DNA of 63,920 bases, the filler included, from Octopus bimaculoides (lineage: Eukaryota): the NCBI RefSeq assembly GCF_001194135.2. It is 4 parts of 4 records of this genome, joined end to end, with 100 filler letters (N's around TTAATTAATTAA, not from the genome) between each part and the next. Parts side by side here need not be neighbours in the genome. Positions count along the whole stretch, not along the records: positions 1 to 24,467 come from NC_068983.1; 3 more parts are not named here. The stretch is one strand, 5' to 3'. The first letter of the stretch is position 1; each line of letters opens with the position of its first letter. The position numbers were made by a program, and so were the translations under genes. A model generated the notes under the pieces. It did no database searches. It saw nothing but the letters and a program-made list of their open reading frames with translations, and was not told the DNA's origin. Below, in pieces: positions 12,620-23,600 of this stretch.

Positions 12620-13870
12620 CTTAATTACATTTTACATTTTCATGATCTTTTTTTCAATTTCTACATTTTTTCTGTACTGTATTATAGTTCTTGCTAGTTT
12701 TCTCTTCGGTGTTACTTTCTGATTTCCATCACTAATCTCTTCTGCTGTTGCTGATGTTTCCATCTTTCCCTTCTCTGCTTGCCTCTCACGCGATGTTGTT
12801 GTCACTTCTCTTCTATCTTCCTTTTTTTCTGCTCTTTTACTTTCTCCTCCGTGCTAATTGCTGGTATCGCTCTCTGTTTTCTCTCTTCGTCTTTCTCGCT
12901 TAATTTTGCCGACGTCTCATTTCTTTTCTGCCCGTTCGCTTTTCCTCCTTTTGGTAACCCTTGTCTCTCCTCTACACTTTTCTTTTCTTTGTGGGATTCT
13001 TTGGTGGTGAGTCCATATTTTCTTGTCTTTTCTTCCTCTTCACCATTGTGTATCTTTCTTCCATATTTTCCACTGGCCTCTGCTCCTCTATGCCTTGCAC
13101 GTCTACCTCTTCTTGCTGTTCCATCTCCGTCACCTTCTCTTTGTGTTTCTGGGGACACTTAGTTCCCTTGTTCCACATTGATAGCATACGGGAGGTCTTC
13201 CTTCCACTACAACTCTCAGCTTCATCTCGTCTGGCAACACCAATTTCTCTGCAATTTTGTGGAGGTCTGGTAAACTGATGTGAACCGACACCTCAAGGCC
13301 GTATCCCTACCAATGTACCTCCGTAGTTCTTGTAATTTTCAGCATTTTGGTACCCTCTTCTGTATTAAAGAGGATGGCTGCCACCAGTCACGCCACGTCA
13401 ATTTCCGGGGGCACTCTACCACTCCTCACTCTGGCCGCACGTTTCCCACACTAGGTTGGTAGTAGTACCCACTCAGTTGATCTCAAAGGCACAGTGGAAT
13501 GTTTTATCGCTTCTTCTTCACTCACGAAGTGTACCTCCACTATGCCGTATTTCTTTCCTTTGGTGTTGTACGTCGTTAGATCTTTGACTTCTCTCAAGCA
13601 TTCTTCGACTGCCTCTACTACTGCTATTTCAACTCTTTTTGTTGCAATAGACAGCGTTCTGTATATAACAGACCGCTCTGTCTTTTCAATAACTTCCTCA
13701 GGTGACGTCAGCCTCAGGCTGTCTCCTTCCTTTCTTAACAGTTCATTGTACTTCTTGAAATTTGTTTCTTCCAGCTAAATTTCTCTAACTTTCAAGACAT
13801 CCGCCGTTAAACCTTTCCCAGTCACTGCAGCGTAACTGCCTGCTGGAACTGGTTGACATTCCATAACGAT
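12620..13870 (-). mobile_element. Decayed gag-like/ORF1 element, copy 1 (RRM-like region, zinc knuckle, charged tail)
   Basis: KKYGIVEVHFVSEEEAIKH, EGRPPVCYQCG and a K/E-rich tail; several stop codons; homologous to 14300-15250. Confidence 0.7.
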
Positions 13871-14299
13871 ATTATCCACAACTTCACCCATAAATAGGGA
13901 AGAAAAAATAAAAATTCAGGTAACAATAAATTCAATAATTCAGTAATATAACAGTTAGGTGCGGTAGACCTTCAACAATTTAACAATAACAAGACTTACA
14001 TGAAGCGAACACACATTAATTGCAACAGGGAATCAAATGACTCGACACAACACCAACGTCCTGATTTCTTTTATAAGGCACAAGGCCTCTATAAAGACGG
14101 AACAACACAAAAAAACAGACAAAATAATACAATGGGGTACATAAAAACACATATCGAATGAAATTATGGATACAATGAAAAAATGAGGATGGGATGGCTT
14201 ACCTGCCCCTCCCCCCCATAAGCAGATAGTTTCATTTTACTGTTTTTAAATAGTTTTACTTAGTTCAATATCCTGTCTTGCATCTGTTGGTTTTCATTT

Positions 14300-15250
14300 T
14301 TTTCCTTTTTTTCTTAAACAAAGTCACTGTTTAAACCATATATTCCAATATATCTTCGAATGCCACCACCGGCGGCAACACATCGTGAAGAAACTGTACC
14401 ATTGTCACATCTATCTTTTCCCCCAAACAACTCCTTCAATCTTTCTCCTCTTTCTCTTTCCAGCAGGACAGCTTTCATATCTTCATTGTCCTCCTTGGGC
14501 GCCAATTTAATCTTAATTACGTCCTTCATCTTTGCAATTTTTTTTCTATCCTTACACTTTTTGTGTATTGTATTACAGTATGTCTTAGATTTTTCCCTTT
14601 TGGTGTCACTCTCTGTTTTCTTTCACCAATCTCTTCTTCTGTCACTGATATTCCTATCTCTGTATGTCTCTCATTCTCTCTTTCATTTTCCTTTTTCTTT
14701 AGTACTCTCTCCTGCTTGCTAGATGATGGTAACGGTCTCTGCGTTAGCTCCTGTTGACCTTTCATTTTTTTCTCTGCTTGTTCGTTTTTCCATGTTTTCC
14801 ACTCTGCGTCTCCTCTTCAATTGCCTTTCTTTTCTTCCTAGGACTCATTGGTGGTGAGTCTGTGTTACTTTTCTTCCTCTTTACTACTGTATACTGTTCT
14901 TTCATTTTTGCTCCTCTACGGTTAAACCCTCTTCTTCTTGACGTTCCTTCTCTATCTCCTCCTCTTCCTGTTTCCGGAGACACTTAGCTTTCATATGTCC
15001 CCTTACTCCACATAGATAGCATACGGGAGGTCTTACTTCCACCACAATTCTCAACCTCGTCACATCCGGTAGTACCAGTTCCTCTGCAATTTTGTGGAGA
15101 TCTGGTAAGCTTATATGAACCGATACCTCCAGTCCATATCCCCAACAATTCACTTCCGTAGTTCTTGTGATCTTCAATATTAGTGTGCCGTCCTCAATGC
15201 ATGAAGTGTAATTGTTGGGCCTAAGGCCCAATGAAGAGCCCTCCAAAGGA
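14300..15250 (-). mobile_element. Decayed gag-like/ORF1 element, copy 2 (CX2CX4HX4C knuckle)
   Basis: VRPPVCYLCGVRGHMKAKC is a canonical CCHC knuckle; the sequence aligns with copy 1 from LKITRTTEV onward. Confidence 0.75.
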
Positions 15251-15295
15251 GCTAGCTTAAAAGCCGCCCTATCAAGCGGCTTTTAAGCTAGTGTG

Positions 15296-15330
<35 letters not shown>

Positions 15331-15390
15331 ATGTATATATGTATATGATACGTATATTAATGTATATATGCATATGTCCATATACATACA

Positions 15391-15434
<44 letters not shown>

Positions 15435-15588
15435 GTAGTATATTGCCACTTAAGTGTGGCTGACCCCTAGGGGTGGATGTTACTGTTGCTTTTAGCCCCA
15501 GGAGGACATCTCCTCCAGCTGGCTTATCGACACACTACTGTGTCCTGTTTGCCAAGGGAAGTTATCCCTCCCATCATGATCTGTAGCA

Positions 15589-15633
15589 CGAACGGACCCG
15601 GGTTTCAGGGTTATTTCCCTTCGTCGGCGTTCG
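15589..15633 (-). ncRNA. Hammerhead-like motif H1 (U4C core variant)
   Basis: CGAACG-CCGACGA-AGGG AAATAA CCCT-GAAA-CCCGGGT-C-CGTTCG: all three stems pair perfectly. Confidence 0.75.
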
Positions 15634-15803
15634 ATAGCCACTGATCTTTGATGAGAGAGATAAAATCTTGGCAATCTTATATCTACTTTTCCAGTGAAAT
15701 TCTTCACTGATATCGAAAAGGTGAAAGCATTGCTTGTTTTCACTGGAAAAGTAGATATAAGATTGCCAAGATTTTATTTCTCTCATCAAAGATCAGTGGC
15801 TAT

Positions 15804-15848
15804 CGAACGCCGACGAAAGGAAATAACCCTGAAACCCGGGTCCGTTCG
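15804..15848 (+). ncRNA. Hammerhead-like motif H1 (U4C core variant), mirror copy
   Basis: Same as 15589-15633 except for one stem II mismatch; GTC site at C15842. Confidence 0.7.
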
Positions 15849-16287
15849 TGCTACAGATCATGATGGGAGGGATAACTTCCCTTGGCAAACAGGACACAGT
15901 AGTGTGTCGATAAGCCAGCTGGAGGAGATGTCCTCCTGGGGCTAAAAGCAACAGTAACATCCACCCCTAGGGATCAGCCACACTTAAGTGGCAATATACG
16001 ACACTTTATCGTGCAGTTACTGTTAATACTTCATTTAGAGAANNNNNNNNNNNNNNNNNNNNNNNNNNNNNNNNNNNNNNNNNNNNNNNNNNNNNNNNNN
16101 NNNNNNNNNNNNNNNNNNNNNNNNNNNNNNNNNNNNNNNNNNNNNNNNNNNNNNNNNNNNNNNNNNNNNNNNNNNNNNNNNNNNNNNNNNNNNNNNNNNN
16201 NNNNNNNNNNNNNNNNNNNNNNNNNNNNNNNNNNNNNNNNNNNNNNNNNNNNNNNNNNNNNNNNNNNNNNNNNNNNNNNNNNNNNGC

Positions 16288-16577
16288 ACTATATATTTGG
16301 TGTTCACTTGCTTCAGGTTTATTTTATACTAATCGAATTTCGGCCAGAGTTCTTTCGTCACACTTCTGAGACCTCATCAGTGGTCCTTCGCTTTCTTCTT
16401 TCTTTTTTGTGTGTCTTTCCTTACTAATGATCAGCCATTTTGGAAAGACACACAAAAAAAAAGAAAGAAGAAAACAAAGGATCACTGATGAGGTCACAGA
16501 AGTGTGACGAAAGAATTCTGGCCGAAATACGATTAGTATAAAATAAAGGTGAAGCAAGTGAAACCAAATATATAGTA
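16288..16577. repeat. Inverted-repeat element with about 135-bp arms and a 21-bp spacer, carrying a hammerhead-like motif (family H2) in each arm
   Basis: Arms at 16288-16420 and 16442-16577 are reverse complementary. Motifs CTGATGA-G-GTCACA GAAG TGTGAC-GAAAG lie at 16479-16523 (+) and 16342-16386 (-). Confidence 0.85.
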
Positions 16578-16675
16578 CGTGTGTTTTTATTGGCTAAACT
16601 AGCAACATAACCATCCCCAGGTACAACAATATCTGTTTCAACACACGAATTCACATTAAAAATCATGCAAAACGA

Positions 16676-16711
<36 letters not shown>

Positions 16712-17225
16712 ATAATTAAAATTAGGGTTCAGCAAAAATTGCTTCACCACATACCGAAAATTAGAAATAGCAGTAAGTATGTATGTATATATGTATATAT
16801 ACATATATGTATGTATATATANNNNNNNNNNNNNNNNNNNNNNNNNNNNNNNNNNNNNNNNNNNNNNNNNNNNNNNNNNNNNNNNNNNNNNNNNNNNNNN
16901 NNNNNNNNNNNNNNNNNNNNNNNNNNNNNNNNNNNNNNNNNNNNNNNNNNNNNNNNNNNNNNNNNNNNNNNNNNNNNNNNNNNNNNNNNNNNNNNNNNNN
17001 NNNNNNNNNNNNNNNNNNNNNNNNNNNNNNNNNNNNNNNNNNNNNNNNNNNNNNNNNNNNNNNNNNNNNNNNNNNNNNNNNNNNNNNNNNNNNNNNNNNN
17101 NNNNNNNNNNNNNNNNNNNNNNNNNNNNNNNNNNNNNNNNNNNNNNNNNNNNNNNNNNNNNNNNNNNNNNNNNNNNNNNNNNNNNNNNNNNNNNNNNNNN
17201 NNNNNNNNNNNNNNNNNNNNNNNNN

Positions 17226-17264
<39 letters not shown>

Positions 17265-17450
17265 CATATATATATTTATGCATCAACGAAAAAATCCAGT
17301 GAAATACATGAAGGTAGAGTCAGCAGCGGTTCAATGGAGTGCTGGTATGTGGATGAGGAGAGGTGCTGGAAGTTCGGGAAGTCGTTCAGATATGCAAGTC
17401 CAAAGAGTAGGAAGTTCAGTCAGGATCAAACTAAGGTAACCACGTGAGCG

Positions 17451-17850
17451 TATAATATATAGTTAAAATTAATAGAAAAGAAAAAGACGAAGACAGGTGT
17501 ATGAACAACAAAGAAGTGTATAAGTTTGACGCTTGGGAAAATGAAAAAGTCTTTTACGTTTCGAGCCTATGCTCTTCAACAGAAAGGAAAAAGAGAAAAT
17601 CAAAAGAAGGAGTAGATTTCGTTGGACCGCTGAAATCTACAAAATCTCCATGATGGACCGCTGAAATCTACAAGTTTTTTTTTCATTCTTTCTCTGCTGA
17701 TTTTCTCTTATTCCTTTTTGTTGAAAAGCGTAGGCTTGAAACGTAAAAGACTTTTGCATTTTCCCCGAGCGTCAAACTAATGCACTTGCTTGTTGTTCAT
17801 ACACCTGTCTTCGTCTTTTGTTTTTCTATAAATTTCAACTATATTTATAT
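17451..17850. repeat. Inverted-repeat element with about 150-bp arms, carrying a hammerhead-like motif (family H3) in each arm
   Basis: Arms at about 17451-17605 and 17690-17850. Motifs at 17551-17586 (-) and 17714-17749 (+). A central direct repeat TGGACCGCTGAAATCTACA occurs twice. Confidence 0.85.
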
Positions 17851-18148
17851 ATGTATGTATGAATGTTTGTATGTATGTATGTATGTATGTATGTATGTAT
17901 GTATGTATGCGTATATATATATATAATTGAAGAAATTTGGGTCAAGAAGGAGTACCGTTGGACATTTATTTATTATTCGCTACAATTATTTCGATGCAAC
18001 GTAGTTATCCAAGAATACAAGTATTTGATTATGAAATTGCTTGTTTGCATAATGAGATTTTGTTGTGTTTCCGCAGGTGATATACGAGTGTTGTCTCCGT
18101 TAGTTTAAAATCGTCGACTTCAAGGCCATCTCCTCTGTTTGTCGTGGT

Positions 18149-18705
18149 TTATAATATAGGTGGCCCGTTAGCAATTAAAATATAGGGGCAAGTTAATAAA
18201 CAAGGTTACAAATTAATACCGGCAATTTCTAGGAAAAAGAGTGAAAAACGACTCGAATAGCCACACAAAGCACTAACTAATTTACGAAAAGCGAGGAAGC
18301 ACGCTAAGAGCACCTTTCCATGGTGAGATAAACACACGAAATGAAGTAAACAGAAATATCCTTATCACGTGATTTCGAACTCTGATCATTATAATCTTAG
18401 ATCTCATCAGAAGATCTCGCTGTTACTCCGGGTTAAAGGGTACAACGCCTCATACAACGCATGAGAAAAACCGTTGAAAGCTGGCGCTAATTCAAAACTG
18501 TCGAAGTGTATAGTATAAATACAATAAGATATTATAATATATTTAGCGTGTCTCCTCGCTTTTCGTAAATTCATAAGGTTAATGCCTTGTGTTGCTATTC
18601 GAGTTGTTTTTCACTCTTATTTCTAGCAATTGCCGGTACTAATTTGTATCCTTATTTATTAACTTGCCTTTATGTTTTAATTGCTAACAGGCTACCTATA
18701 TTATA
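18149..18705. mobile_element. MITE-like element with about 155-bp imperfect terminal inverted repeats and an internal hammerhead-like motif (H4)
   Basis: 18149-18307 is roughly the reverse complement of 18543-18705. Internal minus-strand ATCTT-CTGATGA-(27 nt)-GAAATCACGTGATA-AGGAT at 18358-18415. Confidence 0.75.
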
Positions 18706-18750
18706 ATATATTTAATATCTTATAGTATCTTACTGTGTGTATACACATAT

Positions 18751-19145
18751 GGGCGCTGGAGTGGCTGTGTGGTAAGTAGCTTGCTTACCAACCATATGGC
18801 TCCAGGTTCAGTCTCACTGCGTGGCACCTTGGGCAAGTGTCTTCTACTACAGCCACGGACCGACCAAAGCCTTGTGGGCGGATTTGGTAGGCGGAAACTG
18901 AAATAAGCTCGTCGTATATATATAATATGTATGTGTGTATTTGTGTGTTTGTGTGTGTCCGCCCCACCATCGCTTAACAACCGATGTTGGTATGTTTACG
19001 TCCCCGTAACCTAGCAGTTCGGCAAAAGTGCCGATAGAATAAGTACTAGGCTTACAAAAGAATAAGTCCTGGGGTGAATTTGTTCGACTAAAGGTGGTGT
19101 TCCAGCATGGCCAGTCAAATGATTGAAACAAATAGAAGAATAAAA

Positions 19146-19148
<3 letters not shown>
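18751..19148 (+). mobile_element. tRNA-derived SINE family A, full length
   Basis: A-box TGGCTGTGTGG, B-box GGTTCAGTC, CCTTGGGCAAG core, internal (TA)/(TG) tract, 3' CAGTCAAATGA(C/T)TGAAAC; at least 8 copies in the window. Confidence 0.9.
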
Positions 19149-19198
<50 letters not shown>

Positions 19199-19705
19199 CA
19201 CATACACATACGTACAACGGTGTTTGTGTATGCGTGTACCTTGTTATGGGAATTAGGTCATTCATATTCTCATATCGCGCATATTACAAAATATGAACTG
19301 CGTAACAAAATGCGTCGAGTGGACGAATAATAGTAAATTGAAGCAAAAATGTAACTAAATGAGAAAACCACAGAAGAAAATAAATTTGGGAACTGTTGCA
19401 CTGCTGGATGAAGATTGGCTTGAAATATTTTAAGACAAAAAAGAAAAACACAAATAGAACAGAGTATGGTATAAGGTTCGGATGTAATCAAAGAATGAGT
19501 TAAGAAATGTATTCCGGGTAAGTCCCTTAGGACGGTCTTATCTAAAGAAATAAATGTCAGGCGTTGGCGGATAGAGAACATAAAATGGCAGGTTTTGTAT
19601 TTCCGGGTAACTGGGAAATCATAATCTACTGGCTACTAAGTTAATAGGTTGAGCGGTTGATATGCAAATATTTATGAATATGTGTTTTTACGAGATGTAT
19701 GTATC

Positions 19706-19758
<53 letters not shown>

Positions 19759-20045
19759 CATGCATACATACAATACACATACCTCGCTCTTTCTCTTCTC
19801 TCTCTTTTTCTGCATAATATATCTGTGTGTTCCCTCATGTATATATGCATATATACATGTATTTACATATGTATATATACATGCATACATACATGCAAAC
19901 ATACATAGATACACGCATACACGTTTGGATGTATGCATGTTTATGTATATATATATATGTATACATATATATATGTATATGTATTTATGTGTGTACATAT
20001 ATATATATATTATACGCACATACACACATATATATACATATAGAG

Positions 20046-20084
<39 letters not shown>

Positions 20085-20171
20085 TAGAGAGATAGAGAGA
20101 TAGACGCGAATATTTCATACTTTGAGAAAACAAAGTTGAGAAGCATGTATTTTCAAATCGATAACGTGTCA

Positions 20172-20203
<32 letters not shown>

Positions 20204-21008
20204 GTGTGTACATGTTTAATGTATATGCGTATGTAAGTGTATGTGTGTGTGTGTACATATTCATATATATGTACACACTTGCGTACACATACATTCACAC
20301 ACTCACACACTTACACATGCATACATTCGTCATGGCCAAGTCCAGCGATTGTTATAAGTTAAAGAACATAACATCTAGATATATTTATTTATGGACATAG
20401 CTTTGCAACGAAGTCGTTTTGGCTTCGGACTCGCAGCGCAGAACCTGTGACAAGTATTTCTTATTGCCTCAGATTAACCAATTCTCTGTAAATGCAATAT
20501 TTTTCTTCAGCCCAAGGACTCATAAGACCGTTCCTTCCTGAACGAGACGCCGTTCTGTTGCAGAGTTAAGGCTAACAATTTTGCGATTCGGTTGGCTCGT
20601 CTCCATGCGAGTAGAGTATGTAAATTAATGTATGTAATGTATAATATTAACGTATGTAAATTGATACTGGAAAATACTTCTCCTACCCCACCCACACCCA
20701 AAAAGAAAAAATTTCATGTGAAAGAATTTTTGTTTTTTAAATCAGAAAAAATAGGCGGAAAATGTTATCTATCCCTGAACTTAAATTCATTTTACTAAGC
20801 TCGAAAGATTTATTTGAGAGGCTTTTCTCATATACTAGCATACCCGTGTCGTCGAAAATGCCAACATTTGTGTTGATGATAGAAAATGGGCATCAAAAGG
20901 ATGAGAGGAACCACTGATCAATGTCAGCAATCTAGCAAATATATGTATGTATACAAAACTGAAGCAAGCACTTGAACAGATATAGTTGTAACAGTTGAAA
21001 ATATTTTC

Positions 21009-21042
<34 letters not shown>

Positions 21043-21734
21043 NNNNNNNNNNNNNNNNNNNNNNNNNNNNNNNNNNNNNNNNNNNNNNNNNNNNNNNNNN
21101 NNNNNNNNNNNNNNNNNNNNNNNNNNNNNNNNNNNNNNNNNNNNNNNNNNNNNNNNNNNNNNNNNNNNNNNNNNNNNNNNNNNNNNNNNNNNNNNNNNNN
21201 NNNNNNNNNNNNNNNNNNNNNNNNNNNNNNNNNNNNNNNNNNNNNNNNNNNNNNNNNNNNNNNNNNNNNNNNNNNNNNNNNNNNNNNNNNNNNNNNNNNN
21301 NNNNNNNNNNNNNNNNNNNNNNNNNNNNNNNNNNNNNNNNNNNNNNNNNNNNNNNNNNNNNNNNNNNNNNNNNNNNNNNNNNNNNNNNNNNNNNNNNNNN
21401 NNNNNNNNNNNNNNNNNNNNNNNNNNNNNNNNNNNNNNNNNNNNNNNNNNNNNNNNNNNNNNNNNNNNNNNNNNNNNNNNNNNNNNNNNNNNNNATCAGA
21501 CAAATTTTGCACAGTGGATGCTCTTCCTGTTACCAACCCTTAGCACTTTTCAAGTAAGAAAATATTTCACCGTACCCAAACATAATTACATGGACGATTG
21601 AAAACAAAGAACACCTTTTGCATGACATTGACTCTCGCTTACAACTATTACCTAATGTCAAGGCAATGGGAAAGTAAAACACTGAAACACACACACGCAT
21701 ATGCATACACACACACACATATATATAGTAAAGT

Positions 21735-22290
21735 TAATATGCCAACAGAATGTGGCTGTCCTATAAAGGACGATGTTACTGTTGTTTTAATCCCGTATAG
21801 CATTAGCAAGGGATGTCATTGCTCCCATCTAGCCCTACGTGATACTCACAGACCTGGGTTTCTAGGTGGTTACCCTTCTTCCGTGTAACAAAACCACAAG
21901 CTAGCGACAAAAGATCTCTCCACTTGCAAATACTACATACTCTTTAAGCCACACACTTTCACTGATCTCGTATAGAGAAAAAAATTGTTTTAAACCTCTG
22001 AGCGAGAGGTATACAGTAACAGTACCGAATAGTAATTTTTTATGCCAACAGTATGTGGCAGTCCTATAAAGGACGATGTTACTGTTATTTTAACCCCAGG
22101 AAAACATCTTTTCGAGCTGGCTATCAACACACAATACGTGTCCATATAGCATTTGCAAGGAAGGTCATCGCTCTTATCTCTAGCCTTAAATGATACTCAC
22201 AGACCTAGGTTTCTGTGTGGTCACCTGTCCTCAGTGTGATAAAACTACAAGCTAGCAACGAAAGCTCTCTCCACTCGCAAATACTATATA
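21735..22290 (-). repeat. Two tandem, diverged copies of the H1-bearing element
   Basis: 21735-21960 and 22020-22290 are homologous to each other and to the 15.4-kb arm. Hammerhead motifs at 21846-21888 and 22197-22239 on the minus strand. Confidence 0.8.
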
Positions 22291-22399
22291 TTCTTTATAT
22301 ATATATATATTTATGATGTGTTTGTGTAGATATGTATATACCCATATATATATATATATATATGTGTATGTATATATACAAATGTACGCATCGCATCTA

Positions 22400-22945
22400 A
22401 AGGCGTAGCTGTGTCGTAAGAAGCTTGCTTCCAAGTCATATGGTTCCGGGTTTAGTCCCACTGCGTGGCACTTGTGAGTGGATTTACTAGATGGAAACTG
22501 AAAGGAGCCCAATGTATGTATGTGTGTGTGCGTGTGTGTATGTGAGTTACAGAGGGGGAGCGCTAAGCAGAGATAAGTAAATTACAGAGCTGATGTAGGT
22601 GAATACACACCGTTTGTCAACAAACGGGATTTATTTTCCGTGACAAAACCCGGTGAGTAGCTTATTCACTGGTTCGAACGTGCCTCAAGCATATTCACAC
22701 TAATAACATTACAATGTGTGTGTATGTGTGTCATTATGTCTGTATTTGACTCCCACCACGGCTTGACAACCGATGTTGGTGTGTTTACATCCCTGTAGCT
22801 TATCGGTTCGACAAAAGATACCAATAGAATAAGTACTAAGCTTACAAAGAATAAGTCCTGGAGTCGATTTCTTCGACTAAAAGACCTTTTAAGGTGGTGC
22901 ACCAGCATGGCCGCAGTCAAATGACTGAAGCAAGTAAAAGAATAC
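22400..22945 (+). mobile_element. SINE family A, degenerate and interrupted
   Basis: Head at 22400-22510 and tail at 22745-22945. Confidence 0.75.
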
Positions 22946-23600
22946 ACACACACACACGCACACGCACACACGCACACGCACACAGACACACACACACACA
23001 CACANNNNNNNNNNNNNNNNNNNNNNNNNNNNNNNNNNNNNNNNNNNNNNNNNNNNNNNNNNNNNNNNNNNNNNNNNNNNNNNNNNNNNNNNNNNNNNNN
23101 NNNNNNNNNNNNNNNNNNNNNNNNNNNNNNNNNNNNNNNNNNNNNNNNNNNNNNNNNNNNNNNNNNNNNNNNNNNNNNNNNNNNNNNNNNNNNNNNNNNN
23201 NNNNNNNNNNNNNNNNNNNNNNNNNNNNNNNNNNNNNNNNNNNNNNNNNNNNNNNNNNNNNNNNNNNNNNNNNNNNNNNNNNNNNNNNNNNNNNNNNNNN
23301 NNNNNNNNNNNNNNNNNNNNNNNNNNNNNNNNNNNNNNNNNNNNNNNNNNNNNNNNNNNNNNNNNNNNNNNNNNNNNNNNNNNNNNNNNNNNNNNNNNNN
23401 NNNNNNNNNNNNNNNNNNNNNNNNNNNNNNNNNNNNNNNNNNNNNNNNNNNNNNNNNNNNNNNNNNNNNNNNNNNNNNNNNNNNNNNNNNNNNNNNNNNN
23501 NNNNNNNNNNNNNNNNNNNNNNNNNNNNNNNNNNNNNNNNNNNNNNNNNNNNNNNNNNNNNNNNNNNNNNNNNNNNNNNNNNNNNNNNNNNNNNNNNNNN

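Larger units (their letters stand above)
15431..16007. repeat. Near-perfect palindromic element with about 270-bp arms and a 38-bp spacer, carrying an H1 hammerhead motif in each arm
   Basis: The left arm (15431-about 15699) is the reverse complement of the right arm (about 15738-16007), with only about 4-5 differences. Confidence 0.95.

Noticed and set aside
15492-15945. Mirror-image 83-aa ORFs on both strands
   Set aside because: A by-product of the palindrome; TTG starts and no recognisable domain.
17930-18110. Possible hammerhead remnant on the minus strand (CTTGGATAA...CGAAATAATTGTA)
   Set aside because: The core and stems are too degenerate to support.
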